This document shows, piece by piece, positions 1 to 7,848 of a DNA stretch of 60,270 nt (position 1 is its first letter; each line of letters opens with the position of its first letter). Under the pieces are notes generated by a model, which was not told the origin of the DNA, searched no databases, and worked only from the letters and a program-made list of their open reading frames with translations. The DNA lies in assembly GCA_002371135.1 (NCBI GenBank), contig DFGB01000027.1:1-60270 (forward strand), in the 5' to 3' direction. Source of the stretch: Verrucomicrobia bacterium UBA3761 (GTDB lineage Bacteria; Verrucomicrobiota; Kiritimatiellia; RFP12; UBA1067). The position numbers and the translations under genes are program-made.

Positions 1-296
1 CGAAAGGCCTCTCTACGATAGAGTGCGCCAAGCAGTTTGGATTATCGCAACCCGCTTGGAATTTCTACGAGCTGGGATCTCGTGAGCCCAAGTTAGACTT
101 GCTTACTAAGATATGCCAATTCTTTGACGTGCCATCTGACGTTTTGTTGGGTCTGTCTGACAAAGCGTTAGTGTCAGCCGAGCGGCCAGCGCCATTGGCT
201 ATTGACATAGAGAAGTTGCGCAAGACAGCGGAGAAGCTTGTCAAAGAATCCTCTACGCTTGCGGGAACAATCAAAGAATTGAAGACGATGTTGTAA
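1..296 (+). CDS. XRE-family helix-turn-helix regulator (5' end outside window)
   Basis: Frame 3 is open from the window edge. It translates to KGLSTIECAKQFGLSQPAWNFYELGSREPKLDLLTKICQFFDVPSDVLLGL, a classic HTH_3/XRE motif, with the stop at 294-296. Confidence 0.8.
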   Translation, partial: KGLSTIECAKQFGLSQPAWNFYELGSREPKLDLLTKICQFFDVPSDVLLGLSDKALVSAERPAPLAIDIEKLRKTAEKLVKESSTLAGTIKELKTML

Positions 297-310
297 AGAG
301 GTATGAGAAA

Positions 311-808
311 ATGAAACCTGAAAAGAACGAAATCCTGTTGCGCGAACCTCTATCTGGTGAAATGCCGTTAGTGTCGCGCTTTCGCTTGGTATACCGTGAC
401 CCTCTTGCGACGATAACAGCAGTAAACGATTTTGACTCGTTTGTAAGGATTTGTCGATCAAATGGTATCCGGCGGGTAGATCGGATGAAAAAACTCTATA
501 ATCTTTACCTTGCAATCAGCAAAACTAGACTAAACCTGTCGATGGAGCACTTACGGAATTTTAAAGCGACAGTTCCTGATTACAAGGATGTTTCTGTCTC
601 CTTTTTTTTAGATGATATTGCACGACTTGCCGCTTTCGGAATTGTCATCATAGATACGCCAAGCCTAAAAGCAATAAAGGCACAAGAAGAATATGATCGC
701 ATCCACGAAATATGCAGAGAACGAGGTATAGAGTTGATAGACTTCAGCGACTTATTAAAAGATGAAACACAGAGCACCACATGCACAAAGAAAGGCAAGG
801 GAAATTAA
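311..808 (+). CDS. Hypothetical protein (165 aa), AT-rich prophage cargo gene
   Basis: ATG is preceded by GAGG about 9 nt upstream. It lies 15 nt after the XRE stop and is clearly lower in GC than the phage late genes. No motif recognised. Confidence 0.6.
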   Translation: MKPEKNEILLREPLSGEMPLVSRFRLVYRDPLATITAVNDFDSFVRICRSNGIRRVDRMKKLYNLYLAISKTRLNLSMEHLRNFKATVPDYKDVSVSFFLDDIARLAAFGIVIIDTPSLKAIKAQEEYDRIHEICRERGIELIDFSDLLKDETQSTTCTKKGKGN

Positions 809-809
809 A

Positions 810-1265
810 ATGAATAAGCCGTGTCTTTTGGATTGGACCGTTCTTGATCTATGCGAGGCGTCGTATGAAAGTCCGTATGGCGAATATTGTGACGTTATCC
901 GGGTTTCAGATTTTGAGGATACCAGGCGGTTTGTTGTAGTGTGCTTCAACGCAAACAAATGTGATCAGGCTAGACATTACGGCTTCCTGCTGGAGGATTA
1001 TGCGCCGATGAAGATCGCTCCGCTGCCATATGCTACAACGGTGCAAGCTATTTTTGATGTATGCAAAGGCCGGGAGTTGCCGATAGTCGCAGAAGTCTCA
1101 GAATGCGGAGAGCGATGTTTGATTATTGCTACATGCTGCGAACCGTGGCTCAGTTGGTTTTATCTTATGTTTGGGGATGTCGACCAAAAGACACAAGCAA
1201 GCGGAATAAAAGCACTCAAGCCGATCATTGTGGCGAGGCTAATAGCGCTTCATAAAAACAGGTAA
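810..1265 (+). CDS. Hypothetical Cys-rich protein (151 aa)
   Basis: ATG at 810 lies 1 nt after the upstream stop, with AGGGA upstream. This start is preferred over the overlapping ORF-track start at 762. The protein has about 10 Cys residues and AT-rich codons. It is followed by a terminator. Confidence 0.55.
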   Translation: MNKPCLLDWTVLDLCEASYESPYGEYCDVIRVSDFEDTRRFVVVCFNANKCDQARHYGFLLEDYAPMKIAPLPYATTVQAIFDVCKGRELPIVAEVSECGERCLIIATCCEPWLSWFYLMFGDVDQKTQASGIKALKPIIVARLIALHKNR

Positions 1266-1322
1266 ATAATTAGATTTGCAAACTCACTTGCAAGCCCTCT
1301 GCAAGGGACGTTTTTCATTCCC

Positions 1323-1350
1323 GCACGGTCGATTGACCGTGCGTTTTTTT
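1323..1350 (+). terminator. Intrinsic terminator ending the XRE/cargo operon
   Basis: GCACGGTC-GATT-GACCGTGC forms an 8-bp GC-rich stem, followed by GTTTTTTT. Confidence 0.7.
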
Positions 1351-1420
1351 GTGCATGAAAGTGACGCCTGACAAGGGTGCAAAAGTGCATTTCAGCCGCC
1401 ATTTACGCGGTTTTTTGCGT

Positions 1421-1474
1421 TATTCAAGATGATTCAAATTCCTCATGCGTGAGGAATTTGAATCATCTTGAATA
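1421..1474. repeat. Perfect 25-bp inverted repeat (hairpin, 4-nt loop)
   Basis: TATTCAAGATGATTCAAATTCCTCA (1421-1445), loop TGCG, then TGAGGAATTTGAATCATCTTGAATA (1450-1474). CCCCTTTTT follows. Confidence 0.95.
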
Positions 1475-1484
1475 CCCCTTTTTA

Positions 1485-1655
1485 GGGCTAGCAACGGCGT
1501 GGAGGGCTAGCAGGGCTAATAAATCAATTTGATTGATTTAGCCCATTTAGCCCATTTAGCCCATTTTGCGCTAGCACCCCCGTCTAGGGCTAGCAGGGCT
1601 AATAAATCAATTTGATTGATTTAGCCCTTTTAGCCCTTTTTGCGCTAGCACCCCC
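1485..1655. repeat. Iteron-like direct repeats with GCTAGC cores and an AT-rich palindrome
   Basis: Two ~70-80-bp units (1503-1581 and 1586-1655) each contain AGGGCTAGCAGGGCTAATAAATCAATTTGATTGATTTAGCCC, TTTAGCCC repeats and GCGCTAGCACCCCC. GCTAGC occurs 5 times. Each unit carries the TAAATCAAT-TTG-ATTGATTTA palindrome. Confidence 0.9.
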
Positions 1656-1674
1656 TTGCACCCCCGTGCGGCGT

Positions 1675-1703
1675 TTGAAATTGCGTTGACAAAATGCGAT
1701 AAT
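1675..1703 (+). promoter_or_regulatory. Sigma70-type promoter (TTGAAA-17 nt-TGcGATAAT)
   Basis: -35 TTGAAA at 1675-1680, a 17-nt spacer, and an extended -10 with TG at 1695-1696 and GATAAT at 1698-1703. Confidence 0.55.
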
Positions 1704-1709
1704 ATGGGC

Positions 1710-1799
1710 GCATTAAGGCTCAAAAGTGTGTCTCCTCCTACCACAGGCCTCCGGCGCTGGGACGCCGGCGCGTGGCCCCGGCGCGACGGGGCGTTTTTT
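1710..1799 (+). ncRNA. Candidate ~90-nt short transcript (promoter to terminator) upstream of the late operon
   Basis: The predicted start is ~7 nt after the -10 box. There are two hairpins: CCGGCG/CGCCGG at 1751-1768 and GCCCCG/CGGGGC at 1775-1792. The second is followed by a T-run. No plausible ORF. Confidence 0.3.
1775..1799 (+). terminator. Intrinsic terminator
   Basis: GCCCCG-GCGCGA-CGGGGC followed by GTTTTTT. Confidence 0.55.
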
Positions 1800-1800
1800 A

Positions 1801-2111
1801 GGGAAGAGGGAAGAGGGAAGAGGGAAGTAGAAAGTAGGAAGTAGAAAGTAGGAAGTAGGAAGTAGGAAGTAGAAAGTAGGAAGTAGGAAGTAGGAAGTAG
1901 GAAGTAGAAAGTAGGAAGTAGGAAGAGGTTGTTTAATGTTGCCATTGTGAAAATGTTGCCAGTTCCAATGTTGCCAATTTCCAATTGGGAACAGGGAAGA
2001 GGGAAGAGGGAAAAGCCTAGGAAACTCTGCGACTCTGCGGCTCTGCGATAAAAATAGGGAATAGGGAAGAGGGAAGAGAATTTTCGATTTTCGATTTTTC
2101 GATTTACGATT
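1801..2111. repeat. Patchwork of at least five different short tandem repeats
   Basis: (GGGAAGA)n at 1801-1826, 1993-2013 and 2054-2078. (GTAGRAAG) about 12 copies at 1824-1925. AATGTTGCCA x3 at 1935-1976. GGAAA(CTCTGCGN)x3 ATAAAAA at 2020-2054. (TTTTCGA)x4 at 2080-2111. Confidence 0.95.
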
Positions 2112-2123
2112 GGAAAGAAAAAC

Positions 2124-2423
2124 ATGCCGGAATTGATACCACCTGCCAGGAATGCGGGCAAATGCCCCAGAGAAGACAACTGCTTCGCCGTCTTGCTCGC
2201 CAAGGACGAGGCCGCCGGCGCCGTCACCGCCGAACGTATCTGGCGCGAAAAATACGAGGCCATGGCCCCGCTCTCGAACGAGCTCTACCTCGCCGCGCGC
2301 TTTTTCGTCTCGCTCGAAGCGACGGCGCCTCTCGCCTCGCGCAAGGCCGCCCTCGAACGTCTCCAGGCCGCCGTGCGCGCCGTAGCCGATTTCGCCAAGA
2401 AAAACAAAACAAACAACCAATAA
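2124..2423 (+). CDS. Hypothetical phage protein (99 aa)
   Basis: First ORF of the high-GC late block. Its codon bias is consistent with its neighbours. The overlapping ORFs in other frames are Arg-rich artefacts. Confidence 0.55.
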   Translation: MPELIPPARNAGKCPREDNCFAVLLAKDEAAGAVTAERIWREKYEAMAPLSNELYLAARFFVSLEATAPLASRKAALERLQAAVRAVADFAKKNKTNNQ

Positions 2424-2438
2424 CAATAAGGAGATACA

Positions 2439-2714
2439 ATGTTCAAGAGACTTGCAAAGATGTTCTGCCCGGGCGCGGCCACATTGGCCGGCTACGCCGC
2501 CGAGGGTATCGCAAAATCGGTCAACGAGTCCAAGGCCGAGACGCAGGCTAAAATTGCGCGCATCGGGGCGAGGGCCCGCATCGCGACCGAGCTCGCGAAC
2601 CGGCTCGCCGAGATGATCGAAGACGGCACGATCGACCAGGTCGAGCAGAAGACGCTACAGAGCATGATGACGCCGTACTTCGACACGGCCCTCGGATACG
2701 CGTTCACGTGGTGA
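2439..2714 (+). CDS. Hypothetical phage protein (91 aa)
   Basis: AAGGAG lies 6 nt upstream of the ATG. The gene sits in the packed operon. Confidence 0.6.
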   Translation: MFKRLAKMFCPGAATLAGYAAEGIAKSVNESKAETQAKIARIGARARIATELANRLAEMIEDGTIDQVEQKTLQSMMTPYFDTALGYAFTW

Positions 2715-2756
2715 CGATATGACACTCAAAGAAAAACTCGAAGAGAGGAAACGGCA

Positions 2757-3188
2757 ATGCAAATTAAAATCGCAACAATTGCGGCAGCGCTTGCGCTCGC
2801 GATTTGCGGAGGCGGATGCGCGCTCGAGCGCGCCGATCCCGCCGCCCGCTCCAACCGCGCAACCTACACAATCACAGTCTCGCGTTGCGACAACTCGACC
2901 GTCACAGCCTACGTGACGGACGGCATTATGGCGACGGCGGACGGCGAGGGCGCGATAACGCAGCCCTCGACCCAGACGACGCGCCAAGACCCGGAATTCG
3001 CCGGCGCCGATCCCGTCACGGCCGGCATCAATGCAGCGGACCATCTCGGCGGCAAGGCGATTGACGCGTACGCCGGCAAATCGTCCGATGCCAAGAGCGG
3101 CGGCGAGTGCAGCGGCGGAGAGTGCAGCGGCGGAGAGTGCGCCGACGGCAGCTGCAGCGACTGCCCCGGCGGCGAGTGCAGCGACTAG
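2757..3188 (+). CDS. Secreted protein or lipoprotein with C-terminal GGECS repeats
   Basis: N-terminal signal MQIKIATIAAALALAICGGGC with a lipobox-like LAIC. Three 15-bp repeats encode GGECS near the C-terminus. Confidence 0.6.
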   Translation: MQIKIATIAAALALAICGGGCALERADPAARSNRATYTITVSRCDNSTVTAYVTDGIMATADGEGAITQPSTQTTRQDPEFAGADPVTAGINAADHLGGKAIDAYAGKSSDAKSGGECSGGECSGGECADGSCSDCPGGECSD

Positions 3189-3197
3189 GAGCGAGGC

Positions 3198-3518
3198 ATG
3201 GAAGTGGACGGCGTAAATCTCGCGATCGGCGGGGGTGCGGTTTCGGCGATCGCCGGCGTCGTCGGCGCGCTGATAAAAGCGAGGCTCGGGAAGACGAAGC
3301 TCGAGCCGACGCCGCTGCCGGTGACGACCGAGAAGGCGCCGAAGTACGTGACCGTCCAGGAGTTCAACCGGCATGTCGCCGACAATGAACGCGATCACGA
3401 GAACCTTTTCGCCCGTCTGAACCGGAATGACATGGTGACGAGCGAGATAAACGGGAAACTGACCGGCATTCAGGCCGATTTGACGCTAATCAAGGACAAA
3501 CTCTTCAAGACAAGGTGA
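3198..3518 (+). CDS. Membrane-anchored coiled-coil protein (holin- or spanin-like candidate)
   Basis: Single N-terminal TM helix (AIGGGAVSAIAGVVGALI) followed by a charged helical C-terminus. It lies next to the lipoprotein gene. Confidence 0.5.
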   Translation: MEVDGVNLAIGGGAVSAIAGVVGALIKARLGKTKLEPTPLPVTTEKAPKYVTVQEFNRHVADNERDHENLFARLNRNDMVTSEINGKLTGIQADLTLIKDKLFKTR

Positions 3519-3522
3519 CACC

Positions 3523-3780
3523 ATGGACGCAAACGACAGATATGTGATAAAGACGGCGCTCGGGACGCTGCGCGCAGCAGGCGGCACGGGCGTGACGAAA
3601 GCCGCCCTCATCCAGCAAATCGACCTCGCCGCCGGGACGCCGACGACCGACGAGCAGCGCGAGGCGGCGTTCAAAATGCTCGAAGAGCGCGGCTGGATGA
3701 CATACCACCTCGAACCTATCTGGCACGAGCGCCGCTACACGCTCACGGAGCGCGGGTTTACGGCGCTGGAGGGGATGTAA
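3523..3780 (+). CDS. Hypothetical phage protein (85 aa)
   Basis: Packed in the operon. Its stop overlaps the next start (TAATG). Confidence 0.55.
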   Translation: MDANDRYVIKTALGTLRAAGGTGVTKAALIQQIDLAAGTPTTDEQREAAFKMLEERGWMTYHLEPIWHERRYTLTERGFTALEGM

Positions 3781-4370
3781 TGGAAACGAAGACCAGATGC
3801 GACGCGTGGGGCGCGGACCTGCCCGAGAAGGTGCAATGGGACTGCTACGACCTTGCAAAGGCATTGCAATGGCCGAACGGCGTTGTTGCACAGCTTGAGG
3901 CGATCGGGATAGAGCGGCTTCCGACGCGGGCGAGCTGGTATCGCTTTTTGGCGCGCATGCGCCGCGCCGACGCCGCCCGGCGCATCGAGAAGATAGCGCA
4001 GTCCGTCGCCGAGGCCGAAGGCGTCGCCGACCGCAGCGGTATCAAGGACCATATTTTCGTCGAGACCCTGAAAGCGCTCGCGATAGACAAGGCGATGACC
4101 GGCGAGATGGACGACGCGACGCGGCTTGCCGCGGCGGCGGCGAGCATCCGCGGCGCTGCGCAACGAGACCGCGAACTCGCGCTCAAGGACGCCGCCCAGC
4201 GCACGAAGGACGAAGCGCTGCGCCTCGCTCGCGAGAAATTCGAGTTTGACGCGGCGAAACAGGCGATGGCGAAGGCCGCCGAGATAAAGAGCATCTCCGC
4301 AGACGACACCTTGGCGGCGGACGAGAAGATCGCGAAAGTGCGCGCGGCGCTGTTTGGAGTGGGCACATGA
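3780..4370 (+). CDS. Putative terminase small subunit (Mu gp27/DUF3486-like by position)
   Basis: Lies immediately upstream of the large terminase. The N-terminal part is HTH-like and the C-terminus is a long Ala/Lys/Glu-rich helix. Confidence 0.45.
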   Translation: METKTRCDAWGADLPEKVQWDCYDLAKALQWPNGVVAQLEAIGIERLPTRASWYRFLARMRRADAARRIEKIAQSVAEAEGVADRSGIKDHIFVETLKALAIDKAMTGEMDDATRLAAAAASIRGAAQRDRELALKDAAQRTKDEALRLAREKFEFDAAKQAMAKAAEIKSISADDTLAADEKIAKVRAALFGVGT

Positions 4371-4371
4371 T

Positions 4372-4433
4372 TAGCCGCAAAGAACGCATAGAACGCATAG
4401 AAACCCTTTGCGAGCTTTGCGTACTTTGCGGCT
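4372..4433. repeat. Direct and inverted 9-bp repeats between the two terminase genes
   Basis: AGAACGCAT x2 at 4381-4398. CTTTGCGNN x3 at 4406-4432. AGCCGCAAAG (4372-4381) is complementary to CTTTGCGGCT (4424-4433). Confidence 0.9.
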
Positions 4434-4451
4434 GAAAAAGAAAGGCTTGAA

Positions 4452-5927
4452 GTGGAACCGGTAATAAAATTCAGAGAGTACCAACGGCCAGTCTTCGAAG
4501 ACAACGAGACGGGCGTTTTGGTGCTGCACTGGAGCCGCCAGATCGGCAAGAGCTTCACGCTCGCCGCCTGGGCGGTCGACCGGCTTCTCACCCGTCCCGG
4601 GCGGCTCGTGACCGTTCTTTCGAACTCAAAGGACAACGGCGCGGAATTCGCGCTCAAGTGCCGCGAGGTGCTGAATCTCCTCGGCGTCGCCAAGGAGGCC
4701 GTCGGCTTCGCCGCGACCGACGACACGGTGGAGTATTCCGACATGCGCTTCGAGGTGACGGTCAAGGTCAAGGGCAAGACGGGCCGCATCAAGGTCCTCG
4801 CCGCCAACCCGCGCACGGCGCGCGGCTTCTCCGGCGACCTCATCCTGGACGAGTTCGCCTTCCACGAAGACTCGAACGCGATCTGGGAGGCGGCGGAGCC
4901 GATACTGTCGTCCAACCCCGATTTCCTCTGCCGCGTGGCGTCCACCGGCAACGGCACGTCCAACATGTTCTACCGCATGGCGACGGAGGGCTTTTTCAAG
5001 GTCTCGCGCGTTCGCCGCTCCGACGCCTGGAAGATGGGCGTCAAGATCTACGACGCGAAGACGCGAAAGCCGATCACGCCCGACGAGGCGCGTGCCCAGG
5101 CGCTCGACAAGGCCGCCTACGACCAGAACTACGAATGCGCGTTCGCCTCCGAGTCCGGGTCGCTGCTCACGCACGAGATGATCAATGCCGCAAGCCTCGG
5201 CCGCGGCGATGCCGACATCTTCGAAGACGCGCTGCCGGACGGCTATCTCGACAAGTTCCCCCTGAGCGTTTCCCTCTTTCTCGGCATGGACGTCGCGGCG
5301 ACGCATGACTACACCGTCATCGCGCTGATCCGCATCGACGGGCCGCTCATCTACGTCGTCGCCTGGGTGCGCATTCGCGGCGCGCGGCTCCCTGCGCAGA
5401 AGGCGGTGCTCCGTCCGCTGCTCGCCGACCGGCGCGTGAAGCGCGCGGCGATCGACTCCACCGGCATCGGCCTCGGCCTCGTCCAGGACATGGAGGACGA
5501 GTTCCCGGGCAAGGTCGAGGGCGTGAACTTCGCGACGACGGAGCCGATCTCGCAGCGTCTCATGGCCGAGGGGCGCAAGTCGCCGACGGCGCGCGTCACC
5601 GAGATCATGGCGACCGACCTCGCGGCGGCGCACGAGGACAAGCGCATCAGCTATCCGTGCGACGCGCCGATGCGCGACGACTTGCGCAAGCCGCACAAGG
5701 TCCGCAGCGCGTCCGGACGCGTCTCGATCGCCGCGGAGTCGACGCAGACCGGCCATGCCGACCACTTCTGGGCGCTCGCGCTCGGCTTGCGTGCGGCGGA
5801 GGGCGACGGGACATGGACCTTCGCGCCGGAGGTCGTCGAGACGGAGACGCGCGGCATCGAATTCGGCGGCGGCTCCGCCGGGCGGCTCGGCATGCGCGAC
5901 GATTTCACCTCAAGGAGGCTCGACTGA
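4452..5927 (+). CDS. Terminase large subunit
   Basis: GTG start. Walker-A-like HWSRQIGKSFT near the N-terminus. The C-terminal part is nuclease-like (GMDVAATHDYTVIAL). Size and position match. Confidence 0.9.
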   Translation: MEPVIKFREYQRPVFEDNETGVLVLHWSRQIGKSFTLAAWAVDRLLTRPGRLVTVLSNSKDNGAEFALKCREVLNLLGVAKEAVGFAATDDTVEYSDMRFEVTVKVKGKTGRIKVLAANPRTARGFSGDLILDEFAFHEDSNAIWEAAEPILSSNPDFLCRVASTGNGTSNMFYRMATEGFFKVSRVRRSDAWKMGVKIYDAKTRKPITPDEARAQALDKAAYDQNYECAFASESGSLLTHEMINAASLGRGDADIFEDALPDGYLDKFPLSVSLFLGMDVAATHDYTVIALIRIDGPLIYVVAWVRIRGARLPAQKAVLRPLLADRRVKRAAIDSTGIGLGLVQDMEDEFPGKVEGVNFATTEPISQRLMAEGRKSPTARVTEIMATDLAAAHEDKRISYPCDAPMRDDLRKPHKVRSASGRVSIAAESTQTGHADHFWALALGLRAAEGDGTWTFAPEVVETETRGIEFGGGSAGRLGMRDDFTSRRLD

Positions 5928-7531
5928 TGGCATTCGCTTTGCAAAACCTTTTCAACGCGGCTTCACGCGGGCTGCAGCGTCTCAAGTTCAACGCCTGGAC
6001 GCTTGGGCATCGCGGCGCGGAGATCTTCGAGAAGTCCGCCGAGGCGCTGCAGCTGGAGCGCATGAACCCGCTCAGGGGCATCGACGAATGGCGGCTCGGC
6101 CAAATCTTCGACGACGCCCGCGACGGCATCTACGCCGACCTCGCCTGGCTGTACAACGAGATCGAGGGCATCGAACCCGCGCTCGTCGCGTGCTGCGACA
6201 TGCGCGAAAGCGCGGCCGGCGAATGCGGCTGGCTCGTCAGGACCGCCAACGCGAACCGCTCGCGCGGCTTCGATGCGAACCTCGCCGACGAGCAGCGCGT
6301 CGCGCTCCTGGAGGAATTCGGCGCGGTCGAAGACGACCTCGCCGACGTCGCCGAACACCTCGTCTCGGCGTTCTTCCGGGGCGCGGCGCACGCGCTCCCG
6401 CTGTGGAACGCCGACGGCACGCTCGCCGGCTTCAAGCGGCTCGACCTCTGGAACATGGCTTTCGACCGGCAGGCCGGCATCTGGTACTGGAACGCCGACG
6501 CCTCGCGCGACGAGCAGACGTTCCAGGCGATTCCGCCAGGAGAAATCGTGTCGCTCGCCGTCTCGGGCTCGCGCCACGTCGACCACGCGGCGCTGCCGAT
6601 CTTCATCCGCGCCGCCCTGGGCGCGAAGCGCTACGGCGTCTGGCTCGACCGCTTCGGCATACCGCCGGTCGCCGTCATCATGCCGCCGAACGCCGAGAAA
6701 GGTGAGCAGGCGAACTACATGGATCTCGCGCGCAAGTTCTCGCGCGGCGGCAACGGCATCCTGCCGAACGGCTCCGCCGTCACGTACGGCACGGAGGCGC
6801 GCGCCGTGTGCCCGTTCCTCGACTTCATCCGCTTCCAGCAGCAGCAGATCTACACCGTCGGCATCGGACGCGTGCAGAGCGGCGACAGCCAGGGCGCGAA
6901 CCTGGGCGGGAACGCCTCGGGCGTCGTCGAAGACGGCTTCAGGCGCATCGTCCGCCGCGACGCCAGGCGCATCGCCCGCGCCATCAACGACTGCGTGACG
7001 CGCAAGGTGATCGCGCGGCGCTTCCCGGGCCGCCCCGTGCTCGCGCAGTTCGCATGGGACACCAAGGCGAAGCGCACGAGCCGCGAGGTGCTGGAGGACG
7101 CCGGGCTCGCCAGGACGGCCGGCCTCGCCATCGACTTGGACCAGGTGCAGGAGCTGACCGGCTACAAGCTCGAAAAGGCCCCCGAACCCCCCTCTCCGGC
7201 CCCCGGATTCGGCCTGAACAGCCGCCAAGACGCCAAGACCCCCTTGAAAATCGACGCAGACCCCTTGCAAATCGCTCCGGGCGATTCGGACGGGCAAGGA
7301 GAGGGGAAAGTCGAGGAAGCGCTTGCAGGGGCTCTAGAGCGCGTATTCCTGAAAAGCCTGGCCGAAGCCGCCGCCGGGGAGTTGGAGGGGGAAGGTCTCA
7401 CGCATATCCCCCGAGCGCAGCGAGCCGCGCAAGCGGTCGCTAGAGGGGTGAGGCGCCCAGAGACGGAGAACGCCGGGGAAATCACCCAGGAGCAGGCCGA
7501 GAAACTCTACGAGGAGATGATGGCGAAATGA
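5927..7531 (+). CDS. Portal protein (Mu gp29/DUF935-like)
   Basis: ATG at 5927 overlaps the terminase stop (ATGA), with AAGGAGG at 5912-5918. The ORF-track start at 5657 lies inside terL and is rejected. The product is 534 aa and follows terL. Confidence 0.85.
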   Translation: MAFALQNLFNAASRGLQRLKFNAWTLGHRGAEIFEKSAEALQLERMNPLRGIDEWRLGQIFDDARDGIYADLAWLYNEIEGIEPALVACCDMRESAAGECGWLVRTANANRSRGFDANLADEQRVALLEEFGAVEDDLADVAEHLVSAFFRGAAHALPLWNADGTLAGFKRLDLWNMAFDRQAGIWYWNADASRDEQTFQAIPPGEIVSLAVSGSRHVDHAALPIFIRAALGAKRYGVWLDRFGIPPVAVIMPPNAEKGEQANYMDLARKFSRGGNGILPNGSAVTYGTEARAVCPFLDFIRFQQQQIYTVGIGRVQSGDSQGANLGGNASGVVEDGFRRIVRRDARRIARAINDCVTRKVIARRFPGRPVLAQFAWDTKAKRTSREVLEDAGLARTAGLAIDLDQVQELTGYKLEKAPEPPSPAPGFGLNSRQDAKTPLKIDADPLQIAPGDSDGQGEGKVEEALAGALERVFLKSLAEAAAGELEGEGLTHIPRAQRAAQAVARGVRRPETENAGEITQEQAEKLYEEMMAK

Positions 7532-7848
7532 GCGAGCACTGCCCACAGGATGGCGGCTTCATCGGCGACGCCGGCTGCACCCACCCCAACCACCAGCACA
7601 GCGAGCTGGTGAAGGGAATCATGTCAGGCAAGGCCTCGTCGGTTTCCGAAGCGGAGGCGACCGCCGCGCTCAAGGAAGGATTCTATGTCGATGCGGCGAA
7701 CGGACAGAGGATCGGCTTTGGGAAAACGCTACTAGAACACCTTGACGATGGAAAGCACAACCCGAAAGACGTCAAGGCGAGGAAAGAGGCACTTGCCCTC
7801 GCCGTGCAGACGGTCAAGTATCCGGACAAGGTCGAATGGCATCACTAG
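7528..7848 (+). CDS. Hypothetical head-module protein ending at an in-frame TAG (see 7849-8058)
   Basis: ATGA overlap with the portal stop; 106 aa. It occupies the slot where MuF normally sits. Confidence 0.6.
   Translation: MSEHCPQDGGFIGDAGCTHPNHQHSELVKGIMSGKASSVSEAEATAALKEGFYVDAANGQRIGFGKTLLEHLDDGKHNPKDVKARKEALALAVQTVKYPDKVEWHH

Noticed and set aside
1686-1705. TTGACA at 1686-1691 as the -35 box of a promoter with TAATAT
   Set aside because: The spacing to any -10-like hexamer is only about 8 nt. The upstream TTGAAA at 1675-1680 gives a proper 17-nt spacer to TGcGATAAT.
1801-2111. Possible CRISPR array; the same question applies to 35966-36102
   Set aside because: The units are only 7-10 bp and directly abut each other with no spacers. 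Several unrelated unit types are juxtaposed. No cas genes are present.
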